Shown piece after piece: positions 8,727 through 18,810 of a stretch of 30,862 bases of DNA (within the stretch, counting starts at the first letter, position 1; each line of letters begins with the position of its first letter). The position numbers and the translations under genes were made by a program. The stretch comes from a virus (Duplodnaviria > Caudoviricetes), in the IMG/VR virus record IMGVR_UViG_3300034066_001046, positions 1 to 30,862 of that record, one strand, 5' to 3'. The notes beneath the pieces were generated by a model. The model did no database searches. It was not told the origin of the DNA and worked only from the letters and a program-made list of their open reading frames with translations.

Positions 8727-9085
8727 GCAGCCCCGCCGGCGAGGACCAGACGCACCGCGAGCAGTTGGCGGGGATGGCGCTGGCGGAACCGGCGATGCTC
8801 GACGTGTTGCTCGACGATCTGGTCGGCCCCCCGTTGCCGCCGGTCGCGGCGCGGGCGTGGGACGTGTTCGGCCACGTCAGCGGTACGCGGTCGAGTGGGA
8901 TGGGCGGGATCGGCGCGATCACCTACACCGAACTGCTGGCTTTTCAGACGTTGACCGGCACGACGCTGACCCCGCTCGACGTGGCGCTCGTGCGGGAAGC
9001 TGACCAGGCGTTTCTCAGTTTCGCGCTCACGCGCATGAAGTCGGCCGGTGATCGGCCCGAAGACACAGACGATCCGGGGGAGTAA
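8220..9085 (+). CDS. Tail assembly chaperone, -1 frameshifted long form (gpGT analogue, ~288 aa)
   Basis: Slippery T TTT TTC at 8669-8675; the -1 frame is open (FRPVLDAFRAFVEHHFRLSS...) into ORF 8765-9085. Confidence 0.85.
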
Positions 9086-12000
9086 TGGCGCGCGTCGCAC
9101 GGCTAGGGGTGGTGATCGATTCGTCGGGCGCGAAGAAAGGCGCGCAGGAAACGAATACCGCGCTGAATTCCATCGATCAGACCGCGAAGCGTGCCGTCGA
9201 ATCCCTCAAGAAGGCCGCCGCCACGCTAGGGGTCGCGTTCGCCATCAAGGGCATTCAGCAGGCCGTCGACCAGTACACGTTGCTCGACGCGCGCCTCAGG
9301 CAGGTGACCGGCAGCGGGGCCGCGTTCGCCCGGGTGCAGCAGGAGCTGTTCACGATCGCGCAGAGCTCGCGCGCCAGCTACGCCGCGACGATCGACCTCT
9401 ACACCCGCCTCGCGCGCTCGTCAGATCAGCTGGGCATCTCGCAGACGCAGCTGGTGTCGGTGACGGAAGCGGTCAGCAACGCCGTGCGGCTGTCGAATGC
9501 GTCGACCGGCGCCGCCGAGGCGGGCCTCATGCAGCTGGGGCAGGCGTTCGCCTCGGGCACCCTGCGTGGCGACGAACTGCGCTCGATCATGGAGCAGCTG
9601 CCTGCCGTCGCGAAGGCGATCGCCGACGGGCTCGGGGTCCCGATCGGCCGCCTCCGCGAGATGGGCGAAGCGGGCGAGCTCTCCGGGCGCAAGGTCGCGC
9701 TCGCCCTCGACCAGCAGCGCGAGAAGCTCGCCCTGTTGGCAGGCGAGATCCCCACCACGATCGGGCAGGCGCTTACGCAGCTGAACAACGCGTTCGGCAT
9801 GGTTGTCGCGGGGAGCGACGAGGCGAAGAGCGCGACGGCAGGCATTGCGGGCGCGCTCGGCGAAGCGGCGCGGTTCATGGTCGAGTACAAGGACGCCGTC
9901 GTTGCCGTGTCGGTCGCCCTCGGCGCTGGCGGTCTCGCGCTGGCGGCCGCCAAGGCGGGCACGGCGCTGGCCGCAACGTCTGGCGGCGCGGTGATTACCG
10001 CGCTGCTGTCGCAGGTGACCGCCGTGACGTCGCTCTCGGCGGCGTACGCGTTCCTGCAACTGGCGGCAGGCGCGGCATGGACAGCGATTACCGGCCCGAT
10101 TGGCCTTGCGATCGCGGGCATGACCGCCGTCGCCGCCGCCGTGTACTTCTGGCGCACGCGGCAGAAGGAGACCACCGAAGCCGTCAAGGAGACGACGAAG
10201 TCCGCGGCGGATCTGTACGCGGCCGCGAAGAAGCTCGCTGAAGTGAACTGGGCACCGCCGGAAATGCTCACGCAGCTCCAGAACTTGGGCTTCGAACTGC
10301 GCGCCGCGCAGACCGGCGGCAAGCAGGTGGTCGACGTCTATCGCGAAGCGTCGAAGGCGTGGAAGGACACGAGCGACAAGGCGCGCACGTTCGGGCAGGC
10401 GCTGGCCGAGGGCGACGCGAAGGCCAAGACGTTGCTCGCCACGACAACCGCGCAGGTGCAGCTGTCGGCACAGGTCGAGAGCACGCTTGACCGACAGACC
10501 AAGGCGCAGCAGGCGGCGGCGAAGGCGACGGAAGACCGCGCCACGATCGAACGCGAGTATCAGGGGCAGTGGGTACAGCTCGGGATCGAACTCGCGGAAC
10601 GCGCGGCGGCAGCGGAGCGGCAGCACGCGGAGGCAATACGGGAGTCCGCGAAGATCCTCGGCGAGATGCTCACGAAGCGTGCGGTCAGCAACGCGCAACT
10701 TCAAGCACAGGTCTCGGCGCTGCTGACCAGCCGTCGGGCCTACGACGACCTCACCGACTCGCAGGAGCGGCTGGCCGCCATGAACGCCGCATTGGCCGAA
10801 GCCCAGCAGAAGGGTGTCCTCGTTGGCCCGGCGATGCTCTTGATGATCGGGTCGCAGGTCGCGGAAACGCAGCGGCTGCTGAAGCTGAAGCAAGCGCTGC
10901 TTGAGCTCGACGGGAAATCGCCGTTCTCGATCCCGACCGAGGAGACGAAAGAGTGGGGCGCCTCCTTGGCGACCGTCGCGAACACGGCGCGGGACATTGC
11001 GCAGGTCTTCGGCAACGTCGGGACCGAGATCACGAAGGCCGTGCAGCTGGCCTCGCAGCTCGCGGCGAGCATCAGCGCTGCGAACAGGGCCGCCGCCGCC
11101 GCGAATGCGGCGAAGGGCAAGCCTGGCGAAGCTGCGGCGAAGGCGGCAAGCGGCGCCGCGAGCTTGGGCGTCGTCGCCGGTATCGCGTCGGTCGCGGTGG
11201 CGTTTGTGAGTGTGGCAAACACCATGATGAAGGCGCAACGCGAGGACGCGGCCGCGAAGAACGCGGCGAACCGCGCCTTTGCGCAGTCGGTCTCAGACTT
11301 CGCCGAGTCGTTGGCCGCGTCAGGGATGAGCGACCCCCAACGCCAGATCGCGTCAGGGCAGGCTGGGATTCAGGCGCTGGTCGATGCCGCGCTGAAAGCG
11401 ACCGGGGCGCGCTACAGCGGCATTGTCCCTGGGATGCCGGCCTCGGCGGACAATCTTTCGTCGCTCAAAAGCTCGATCGACTTCACGATCGCGAGCGGGA
11501 CGGCAGGGAAAGCGGCGGGTGCACTGCGGGAATTCTCGGATGCGCTCGCCGCGATCATTGTGCAGGCGAAGGCGTCTGAAGCCGCGATCGCCGCACAGCA
11601 GGCCGCCCGCCTTGCCGCCGCGACCGAAGACCTTGAGGTCCGCCGGCTGACGGCCTTGGGTATGACCGACGAAGCCGCCGCGCGAAAGCTGGCGCTCGAC
11701 CAGCAGCGCGAGATCGCCGCCGCCGAGAAGGAGTTCGGCAAGGACTCGCCGTATCTGGCGAGCTTGCGCGACGTGCAAGCTGCCGAGCGGGCCGCGGCGG
11801 AGGCCGCCCGCGCGCGGGTCGAAGCGCAGAAAGCGGCTGACCGCGTCGCGTTCGGCCTCGACCTGACGCAGCGCCGGCAGACGCTGAACGGTGACAGCCG
11901 GGGCGCGTTCATCACGGGGCAGACGATCGCGAACAACAGCGCGCTGGCGCAGGCGCAGCAGCTGGTCGAGGCGGGCGTCATCACGGCCGCCATGTTCGAG

Positions 12001-13038
12001 GAGCTCAAGACGCTGCTCGGCGACGAGTTCGCCCAGGCGTTGCGGGACTTCGACGAGGCGGCACGCCAGGCGAAGCAGGCGGTGCAGGATGATCTCGCGG
12101 TTCGGGCCTTGGTGGCGCAGGGGCGCGGCACCGAAGCCGAGCAAGCCCGGATTGAGATCGCCAACCGCAAGGAACTTGAGGGCGTCACCGACGAAGGGCT
12201 GCGGGCGCAGATTCTGTACGTGCAAGGGCTGGAAGCCGTCGCCCGCGCGACCGAGGCCGCTGCCGAAGCCGAGCGGATCCGCGCCGAGCAGAACGCGAGC
12301 ATCGACCAGCGCATGATCGATGCGCTGCGCATCCTCGACCCGGAGCGCGCGAAGGAACTCGAAGCCAGACAGACCGAGATCGACCGCGCCCGCGAGATCG
12401 CCAACGCTGCTGACGACGCCACGCGCGCCCGTCTGCGGGAGCTGTACGCCATGCAGGACGCCGCCAAGGCGGCGATTGCGCTCGCCGAGGCCATGGACGC
12501 ACAGCGCAAGAAGGCCGAAGAGCTGGCGGACTTCACGCGCTCGATCGGCTCGCAGTACCTGCGCGCCACGGGTAAGAGCTTCGACGCCGACGTGGCCGAC
12601 CTCAACGACTGGCGCACGACGCAGCTCAAGCAGGCGGCGAGCGTCGGTGCTGGCGCGGACGTCATCGCGCAGATCAACGCGATCTACGACGCGCGGTACA
12701 GCAAGCTGATTGCGGACCAGATGCAGGCCGACGCGCCGGCGCCCGTGACGGCACCCGCGTCACTCGGCGGCAGCACGGCGGTCGATCCGTCCATCACCCT
12801 TGGCGAAGACACGATCGCGACGCGCTCGGCCCGTTCGATCACCGAGGCCACGGCGCTGCAGCTGGTGGACTACGCCGCGTCACAGACCGCCCTACTCCGG
12901 CGCCTCGTGCAGCTGGCGGAAGGCGGCAGCGGGCCGACGGGCGAATCACTGCGCGCGCCGTCGCTCGACCTGGTCGACCGGCAGCTTGGCGCCCGGGCCA
13001 ACACGGCGTCGCTCCTGCTGGCCGGGAGCGTGCGATGA
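9085..13038 (+). CDS. Tail tape measure protein
   Basis: 1317 aa, Ala-rich helical; N-terminal tape-measure motif QLGQAFASGTLRGDELRSIMEQLP; hydrophobic segments; follows the chaperone genes. Confidence 0.95.
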   Translation: MARVARLGVVIDSSGAKKGAQETNTALNSIDQTAKRAVESLKKAAATLGVAFAIKGIQQAVDQYTLLDARLRQVTGSGAAFARVQQELFTIAQSSRASYAATIDLYTRLARSSDQLGISQTQLVSVTEAVSNAVRLSNASTGAAEAGLMQLGQAFASGTLRGDELRSIMEQLPAVAKAIADGLGVPIGRLREMGEAGELSGRKVALALDQQREKLALLAGEIPTTIGQALTQLNNAFGMVVAGSDEAKSATAGIAGALGEAARFMVEYKDAVVAVSVALGAGGLALAAAKAGTALAATSGGAVITALLSQVTAVTSLSAAYAFLQLAAGAAWTAITGPIGLAIAGMTAVAAAVYFWRTRQKETTEAVKETTKSAADLYAAAKKLAEVNWAPPEMLTQLQNLGFELRAAQTGGKQVVDVYREASKAWKDTSDKARTFGQALAEGDAKAKTLLATTTAQVQLSAQVESTLDRQTKAQQAAAKATEDRATIEREYQGQWVQLGIELAERAAAAERQHAEAIRESAKILGEMLTKRAVSNAQLQAQVSALLTSRRAYDDLTDSQERLAAMNAALAEAQQKGVLVGPAMLLMIGSQVAETQRLLKLKQALLELDGKSPFSIPTEETKEWGASLATVANTARDIAQVFGNVGTEITKAVQLASQLAASISAANRAAAAANAAKGKPGEAAAKAASGAASLGVVAGIASVAVAFVSVANTMMKAQREDAAAKNAANRAFAQSVSDFAESLAASGMSDPQRQIASGQAGIQALVDAALKATGARYSGIVPGMPASADNLSSLKSSIDFTIASGTAGKAAGALREFSDALAAIIVQAKASEAAIAAQQAARLAAATEDLEVRRLTALGMTDEAAARKLALDQQREIAAAEKEFGKDSPYLASLRDVQAAERAAAEAARARVEAQKAADRVAFGLDLTQRRQTLNGDSRGAFITGQTIANNSALAQAQQLVEAGVITAAMFEELKTLLGDEFAQALRDFDEAARQAKQAVQDDLAVRALVAQGRGTEAEQARIEIANRKELEGVTDEGLRAQILYVQGLEAVARATEAAAEAERIRAEQNASIDQRMIDALRILDPERAKELEARQTEIDRAREIANAADDATRARLRELYAMQDAAKAAIALAEAMDAQRKKAEELADFTRSIGSQYLRATGKSFDADVADLNDWRTTQLKQAASVGAGADVIAQINAIYDARYSKLIADQMQADAPAPVTAPASLGGSTAVDPSITLGEDTIATRSARSITEATALQLVDYAASQTALLRRLVQLAEGGSGPTGESLRAPSLDLVDRQLGARANTASLLLAGSVR

Positions 13039-16000
13039 GCGCGGTCGGCGTCCTCTACACCGACTATACCGCCTCGGGCGGCCAACGCCTCGGCACGCTG
13101 CTGATCGAAGGCGGGACCGAACGCACGCGCCTTGACGGCAACGAAACAACCGACCTCGTCGTCGGGCGCAAGCGATGGACCGACCTCGGCGGCGATGTCC
13201 GCATGGTGGTCCGGCTGACGTGGCCCGACGGCACCATCACCGAACGGCGCATCGCGAAGGTGTCGACGACGGACACGGCCCCGACGACGCAGCTTGAACT
13301 GGTGCCCGTGTTCGCCGACCTCGGGACCGGCGGCCCCATCGTGCGCGTCGTGGCGGGCAAGGTGGCGACGCGGGTTGCGGGCGAACTGCCGGTCTCGGTG
13401 GCGCTCAGCACCTACGTGACGCCGCATTCGGCCGCGACGCGCATCGGGCTCGTGGTCGGCACCATCGAAAAGGACGTCGTCGTGCAGTTTGACCTCGACG
13501 CGCCGACGCCGGCCGCGCTTATTCTCGACGCGTTCGACAAAGCCAAACTCGAACTCGAACTGGTGCGGACGAGCGACAGCGTGTGGACGCTCAACGGGCG
13601 CGCGAAGCGGGGCAGCACCGCGCCCGCATTGCAGGTCCGCGAGTCGCGGAATCAGTCCCGCCTCGCGCTCGGCGTGGACGACCAGCAACTCGCGACGGTG
13701 GTCGTGCCGCTTGGCGACGCGGATCCGGCGACGGGCGACCGTGCGACGCTGGCAACTGCGCGCTGGTCGGTCGCGTCGATCGTGTCAGGCTGGGTGCAGC
13801 TGCGCGACCCTGCCAGCAGCGCCGCCACGCCGATCCTCGTCGACACGCAATGGCAGGGCGCCTTCGTGGTCGACCGGTTCGGCTTCGCGCAGTCAATCCT
13901 GAACGCGCGCGTGAGTGACGGCGCCGTGCAGCTGGCGAGCACGGCCGGCCTCTCGGTCGGCTCGCGGGTGTGGATCGCGGCCGATGCCGCTGGGACGCCG
14001 CTGGTTGAGGTGTACGACGCCAGCTCGACCGGGGCGCGTCGTCGGTCGGTGCCGCTGCCGCTGGCTACGCTGCGCGGGGAAGCGAACGACCTGCGAAACG
14101 GGCGCTTTCAGGACGGGCTGAGTCAGTGGACGGGCGCCAACCCGACGACGCCGCCGGCGTTCGCCGAGATCACGCGACTCGAACTCGGGCTGACGCGCAG
14201 CGGGCAAGCAAACGGGGCGCGCGCCGCGGCAACAGGAACCGGCACGCCGTTCGCGATCAAGGGACTGCCGGCGAACAGCTTCGTGCGCCAGTGGGCAGAA
14301 ATCAAAGTCGGCGGGGCGACGTTGCCGGTCACGGCCGACGCGATCCCCGACACGAGCGGCGCGTTCACGCTCAGCGTTGGCGGCGGCGGGCTTCCGGGCA
14401 GTTACGCGGACAACACGCCGTTCTCGTTGGTGCGCAGCGACACGCGCACGCTCACGCTCGACGGCGACCAGTCTCCGCTCTCATGGCGCCTGCAGTTCCG
14501 CGACAGTAATACCGACGGGGTACTCCAAGGGCTGACCGGCACGCTGGTCTCTGGGGCCTACAGCGGCGCCTTTAACGGCACCGCGTATGTCGACGCTCCG
14601 CTCCAGGCGGGGCGCGTGCGACTGACCACGGGCGACCTCACCAACTTCTATGGCTCGCTGGCGTGGGCGTCGTACCTGACGGATGTGTACACGATCACCG
14701 GCGTAGCCCTGTCGTATACGGTGGGCGACAGCAGCGGGACGTTTACGATCACCAGCTCCCCGACGGCGTTGGTCGTTGGCACGCGCGTACGGTACTTCGG
14801 GCAAGACGGACGGTTCCAACTGCTCCGCGTGACGGCGATAGGCGGCGTGTACTCGTTCACTACAGAGTTCGGAACGCCAGCCGTGGCCCCAAGCGGGAGC
14901 GCGGTGTTTCAGGGCTGCAACCTGCTGCTGGCTGACGGCTCGACGTGGGCCACCACGTTCCCGCGTGAAACGCGCACCGTGTTCTGCAATGGCGCCGTGA
15001 GTGCCGGCGCGACCTCGCTGCCGTGCAAGGCGCAAACGAACCTGCTCACGCGCAACTGGACCGCGACCGACACCATCAGCATGACGCGCGATGTGTCCGG
15101 GACGCTCGCGGTCACCGGCATCACGAGCACCACGGGCTTTGATGATGACGGCACGCCGGTGATCGGAATGCAGGCCGTGGTCACGTACAACGCCGCGACG
15201 AGCACGATGGACGACCTGACCGGCGGCGGGGTGGATTGGTCGCTTGGCGATGTGTACTTCGACCTCGGGACCGTCGGGCTGTGGCGTCTCGCCAGCATCG
15301 GCGGCGGGAGTGCGACGCTTGAGAACCCGGCGCTGTGGATCACCGCCACGCCGTTTACAACGCCGCAAACCGCGTCGGCCTCGTGGGTCAAAACCGATAC
15401 CTACACGCTCTCTGGCACGGCAAGCTGGGGCGCCAACGGCCGCGTGACGCTCACGCTGGCGAGCGCCATTCCGTCGGGGCGCAGCTACGCGCGCGGCCTC
15501 TCCGTCGGGTCCAACTGGGTAAGCGGCTCGCTCCGGTTGCACGCGGCGCGGTCAGGAGGAAACACCACCGTTGAACTGTTCGGGCACGATGGGTTTCTCC
15601 CGACCTCCGACCCGTCAGCCTCGCTGCGCGGCGCCCTGTACCGCATCACCGCGAGCGGCAGCACGGTCCCGATCCCCGGGAACACGCTGTACGCCGCCAG
15701 CACGGCGCAAGCCGACGGCAGCGGCAACGCAAGCGTGACGCTTACCGCGGCCAACGCGAACGCCATCGCCAACAACGAAGCGGTGACCATCGTGACGCCG
15801 GAGCTCTTGCGGCCGTCCGATGACCGCCTCGGCAGCGTCGTGCGGATGACCAGCGCCGTTGGCGGCAGCAACGTGCCGACCGCCTCGACGCCGGGACTGA
15901 CGCCGAATGCCGGCGTCCCGATTCCGGTCCCCGCGGGCACGACGGTGCCCGTGACGGTCTTCGCGACCTTCGCGCTTTCGCAGGGCGTCTACGCGCTCGG

Positions 16001-16526
16001 GCAGCAGCCGGCGATGGCGCTGGTCGACGGCGGGGGGGCGATCCTCGCGACCGCGCGCCTTGCCACCGGCAGCGCCACCGTTGCGCAGACGCCGACGTTC
16101 GCGCGGCTCATCCTGACGCACGTGCTGACGGTGTCGACGACGGTCAGTGTGCGCCTGTTCGGCGGGTCGAGTGACCGTACGCTCTGGACCATCGCCCTCG
16201 ATGCCATGCTCTGCGTCACCGACCGCGACGACGTCCCGTTCGTGGTCGGCTCATGGGCCAACGCGCTCGCGATTCGCGGCGCCGAAGAGCTCGCGGCGCG
16301 CCGTGATCCGGCCGTTGCCGTGCAGCTCGATCTCGCGACGCTCCGCCGCTGGTCCGATGCGCCAGCCGGGGCGCCGGTGGTGATCGGCCAAACCGTGACC
16401 CTGCCCGCGCTCGGCCTCACCCGCCGCGTGCTTTCGATTGACCGCGACGTCACCGACCCGACCCGGGTGCGCGTCGAGATCGGCGTCCCGGCCGATGACC
16501 TTTCCACGCAAGTAGGTGCCTCGTGA
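13035..16526 (+). CDS. Tail tip hub / Tal-like protein with a large inserted adhesin region
   Basis: 1163 aa. N-terminal hub motifs (RNQSRLALGVDDQQLATVVVPLG) and C-terminal hub motifs (VVIGQTVTL..LGLTRRVLSIDRD...VRVEIG) flank a long beta-rich Thr/Gly/Ser insert. Confidence 0.75.
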   Translation: MSAVGVLYTDYTASGGQRLGTLLIEGGTERTRLDGNETTDLVVGRKRWTDLGGDVRMVVRLTWPDGTITERRIAKVSTTDTAPTTQLELVPVFADLGTGGPIVRVVAGKVATRVAGELPVSVALSTYVTPHSAATRIGLVVGTIEKDVVVQFDLDAPTPAALILDAFDKAKLELELVRTSDSVWTLNGRAKRGSTAPALQVRESRNQSRLALGVDDQQLATVVVPLGDADPATGDRATLATARWSVASIVSGWVQLRDPASSAATPILVDTQWQGAFVVDRFGFAQSILNARVSDGAVQLASTAGLSVGSRVWIAADAAGTPLVEVYDASSTGARRRSVPLPLATLRGEANDLRNGRFQDGLSQWTGANPTTPPAFAEITRLELGLTRSGQANGARAAATGTGTPFAIKGLPANSFVRQWAEIKVGGATLPVTADAIPDTSGAFTLSVGGGGLPGSYADNTPFSLVRSDTRTLTLDGDQSPLSWRLQFRDSNTDGVLQGLTGTLVSGAYSGAFNGTAYVDAPLQAGRVRLTTGDLTNFYGSLAWASYLTDVYTITGVALSYTVGDSSGTFTITSSPTALVVGTRVRYFGQDGRFQLLRVTAIGGVYSFTTEFGTPAVAPSGSAVFQGCNLLLADGSTWATTFPRETRTVFCNGAVSAGATSLPCKAQTNLLTRNWTATDTISMTRDVSGTLAVTGITSTTGFDDDGTPVIGMQAVVTYNAATSTMDDLTGGGVDWSLGDVYFDLGTVGLWRLASIGGGSATLENPALWITATPFTTPQTASASWVKTDTYTLSGTASWGANGRVTLTLASAIPSGRSYARGLSVGSNWVSGSLRLHAARSGGNTTVELFGHDGFLPTSDPSASLRGALYRITASGSTVPIPGNTLYAASTAQADGSGNASVTLTAANANAIANNEAVTIVTPELLRPSDDRLGSVVRMTSAVGGSNVPTASTPGLTPNAGVPIPVPAGTTVPVTVFATFALSQGVYALGQQPAMALVDGGGAILATARLATGSATVAQTPTFARLILTHVLTVSTTVSVRLFGGSSDRTLWTIALDAMLCVTDRDDVPFVVGSWANALAIRGAEELAARRDPAVAVQLDLATLRRWSDAPAGAPVVIGQTVTLPALGLTRRVLSIDRDVTDPTRVRVEIGVPADDLSTQVGAS

Positions 16527-17302
16527 GCGTCTGGATCGACAACCGCCCCGTGACCAGTATCGCGGGCGCCCGCCCCGTGCGGCTCAGTGGCTTCCTCACG
16601 GCGCCGCGGGGGCAGCGCAGCACCTCGGGGGTGCCGGGGCGCTTGGCACCCGTGGTGGGCGGCGTGCAGGCGCCAGAGCCCCGACGCGCCACGCTGACGC
16701 TGCGGATCCCGCTCGCGACGATCGCCGATCGACCGGCCGCCATCGCCACGGTGGAAGCGGCGCTCGCGGGCGCGATCCGCTCCATTCGCACGGCCGACCG
16801 CCCTGGCGTGCACACGCGCTGCGTCGCCGACGCCATCGTGTGGAGCGAGCAACCCAACGCGCCCGGGCTGACGATTCCCTCGCTGCTCTGTGACGTTGTG
16901 TGGCTGGCGATCGATGGCGGTACCGAGGACTGGCCGGCGGATCCGCCGATTGTGCTCGGGACGACGCGCACGCCGATCGCGCTCGGGTCGATTCCGTCGG
17001 GCGGCTGGCTGTTCGCCTGGGGCACGACGTCGCCGCTGACGATCACCTACACGCCCGCGAACGGGACCGGTGTGACGACGTGCGTTATCACGCAGACGCT
17101 CGCGACCGGCGAGCATCTCGCGGGCGACCTCGACACGGGCGACATCTGGCTCGTGACGGCGTCGGCGCGTACCCGCGTCTCGACCGTCGTCGGCGAGCTG
17201 CCCGTGCTCGACCCCGCCGACGCGCTCGGCACCGTGAACCCGACGCTGCAGCTCTCTACCGGCACGGGACTGCTCGTGCCTTCGACGAGGTACCGGCTCT
17301 GA
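16523..17302 (+). CDS. Distal tail protein (Dit)-like
   Basis: N-terminal P......VPGR......EPRRATLTLRI and C-terminal LATGEHL.GDLDTG...LPVLDP...RYRL match siphophage Dit patterns. Confidence 0.7.
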   Translation: MSVWIDNRPVTSIAGARPVRLSGFLTAPRGQRSTSGVPGRLAPVVGGVQAPEPRRATLTLRIPLATIADRPAAIATVEAALAGAIRSIRTADRPGVHTRCVADAIVWSEQPNAPGLTIPSLLCDVVWLAIDGGTEDWPADPPIVLGTTRTPIALGSIPSGGWLFAWGTTSPLTITYTPANGTGVTTCVITQTLATGEHLAGDLDTGDIWLVTASARTRVSTVVGELPVLDPADALGTVNPTLQLSTGTGLLVPSTRYRL

Positions 17303-18048
17303 TGCGTGAATCGACGAAGGATCTCGCCCCGCGCTCGCGGTGCCTTGAGGCGCTCGACTTCCGCGACGGCGTCGTGGTTGAGCCGACCTCAGGGCTGTTC
17401 GTGGCGCGCTCGGGGCATCGGCTGAGCTGGTCGCGCGGCGCCAGCACGCTCGCTGGCGTGAACGCGGTCGGCGGCACGTATACCGCCCCCGCGACGCTCC
17501 CCGCGTACGAAAGCGCGAACAGCCAGCTCGGGGTGAACCTCGGGGTCAACGACATCCTGCGCGGCAATGCGGCGGTCGGCTGGCTGCCGCAAGAGCTCTC
17601 GGGGGAACTGCTCTTCGTCGAACGGGGGGCGCGCGTCGGCACGGCGGGCGACACGCTGTTCGCCATCGCGGGCGACGATCCCACGACCGGCGTGCGGCTG
17701 TTCATCGACACGACCGGCACGGCGTCGGGCTTCTACCGGATCACGTACCACAACGGGACGACGTCCGTCACGGCGACGCTGGCGGCAGGCCAGCCAACGG
17801 CCGGCCAGCTCGTGCGGTTGCGCTGGCTGTGGAGCGCCTCGGGGCTTACGCTGCGGCAGTCGATCAACGGCGGCGCGTTCACGAGTGCCACCAGTTCAGC
17901 ACTCGCGCTGCCAGCGGCATGGGCGACCGGCGCACGGACGCGCATTGGCCGTCGCGGCACAACGCAGAACCCTGCCCCGCTGACGCTGCTCTCGTACCTG
18001 CTCGCTCCTGGCACGCTCACCGACACGCAATTCGACGAGGCGTACTGA
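17302..18048 (+). CDS. LamG/concanavalin A-like virion protein
   Basis: 248 aa from ATG 17302 (TGATG); all-beta, LRQSING, TRIGRR and terminal LTDTQF pattern typical of LamG-like phage domains. Confidence 0.6.
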   Translation: MRESTKDLAPRSRCLEALDFRDGVVVEPTSGLFVARSGHRLSWSRGASTLAGVNAVGGTYTAPATLPAYESANSQLGVNLGVNDILRGNAAVGWLPQELSGELLFVERGARVGTAGDTLFAIAGDDPTTGVRLFIDTTGTASGFYRITYHNGTTSVTATLAAGQPTAGQLVRLRWLWSASGLTLRQSINGGAFTSATSSALALPAAWATGARTRIGRRGTTQNPAPLTLLSYLLAPGTLTDTQFDEAY

Positions 18049-18377
18049 TGCCGACCCAAGTGCTGCAGGGCGTGATTCGCGCCGAACCGCCGCGGGCGCC
18101 ACTGTCTCGCCTTGACTTCCGGTGGCGACTGACGCTGGCCGAACAGGTCGCGCTCAAGCGCGCCGAGACCGAGCACCCCGACGCGAACGTACGGGCGCAG
18201 CTGGTGATCCTGCGCGAGTCGCTCGCCGAAGTGACTGACGCGGCGGGCGTTGACGTGACCGATCCGCGCACGCAAGGCGGGGCGGCGGCGATTGTCGACG
18301 TGCTGGTCGGGGCGGGACTCGTGACCGCCGAGAATGCGCCCGCGCGACTCGCCGCTCTGCTGATGCCACCGGCATGA
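18048..18377 (+). CDS. Putative fibre assembly chaperone
   Basis: 109 aa; LSRLDFRWRLTLAEQVAL...VDVTDPRT...LVGAGLVT, a helical family commonly found after fibre genes; paralog at 22866. Confidence 0.6.
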   Translation: MPTQVLQGVIRAEPPRAPLSRLDFRWRLTLAEQVALKRAETEHPDANVRAQLVILRESLAEVTDAAGVDVTDPRTQGGAAAIVDVLVGAGLVTAENAPARLAALLMPPA

Positions 18378-18733
18378 TCTTCGCCACTGTCGCGCCCCTG
18401 CTGTACGATCCGATCAGCATCACGTTCCTCGACGGGCCGTTCGTGCGCGTCCTCACGCCGATCCGCTGGCGTGGTGCCTACCCCGACACGGTGCCGGAGG
18501 GCTTCGTCTCCGACGGCGGCAGCAAGCCGTCGCTGGCGTGGCCGCTCGTCGGCCATCCGCTCAGCAAGCGCGTCCTTATCTGCTACCTGCTGCACGATCT
18601 TGACCTGTCGCGCGGCATGGCGTGGGACGAAGCAACCCGCCGACTCAATGCGCGATTGCGCGCGGTCGGCTGCCCCCATGCGCGGCGCGTCGCGATTGTC
18701 TCCGGTGTCACGCTGCGGGGCTGGCTGCGCTAA
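18374..18733 (+). CDS. DUF1353 family protein
   Basis: VPEGFVSDGGS.P...W and LLHD motifs. Confidence 0.8.
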   Translation: MIFATVAPLLYDPISITFLDGPFVRVLTPIRWRGAYPDTVPEGFVSDGGSKPSLAWPLVGHPLSKRVLICYLLHDLDLSRGMAWDEATRRLNARLRAVGCPHARRVAIVSGVTLRGWLR

Positions 18734-18737
18734 TGGC

Positions 18738-18804
18738 CGGGGGCCATGACGGTCCCCGATCTCCCGGCAAGACTCTAGGACACGCGCGAGGCGTCGCGCA
18801 TCGT
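18738..18804 (+). promoter_or_regulatory. Putative activator-dependent late promoter 2 (same palindrome, -35 TAGGAC, -10 CATCGT)
   Basis: Second copy of CGGGGGCC-N5-GGTCCCCG; the -10 at 18799-18804 places +1 on the A of ATG 18811. Confidence 0.65.
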
Positions 18805-18810
18805 GCGCCT

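Noticed and set aside
6776-12677. Long antisense ORFs (6776-8395, 9421-11238, 11412-12677; also 26942-28225)
   Set aside because: Shadow ORFs expected in high-GC DNA opposite well-supported genes; no recognisable motifs.
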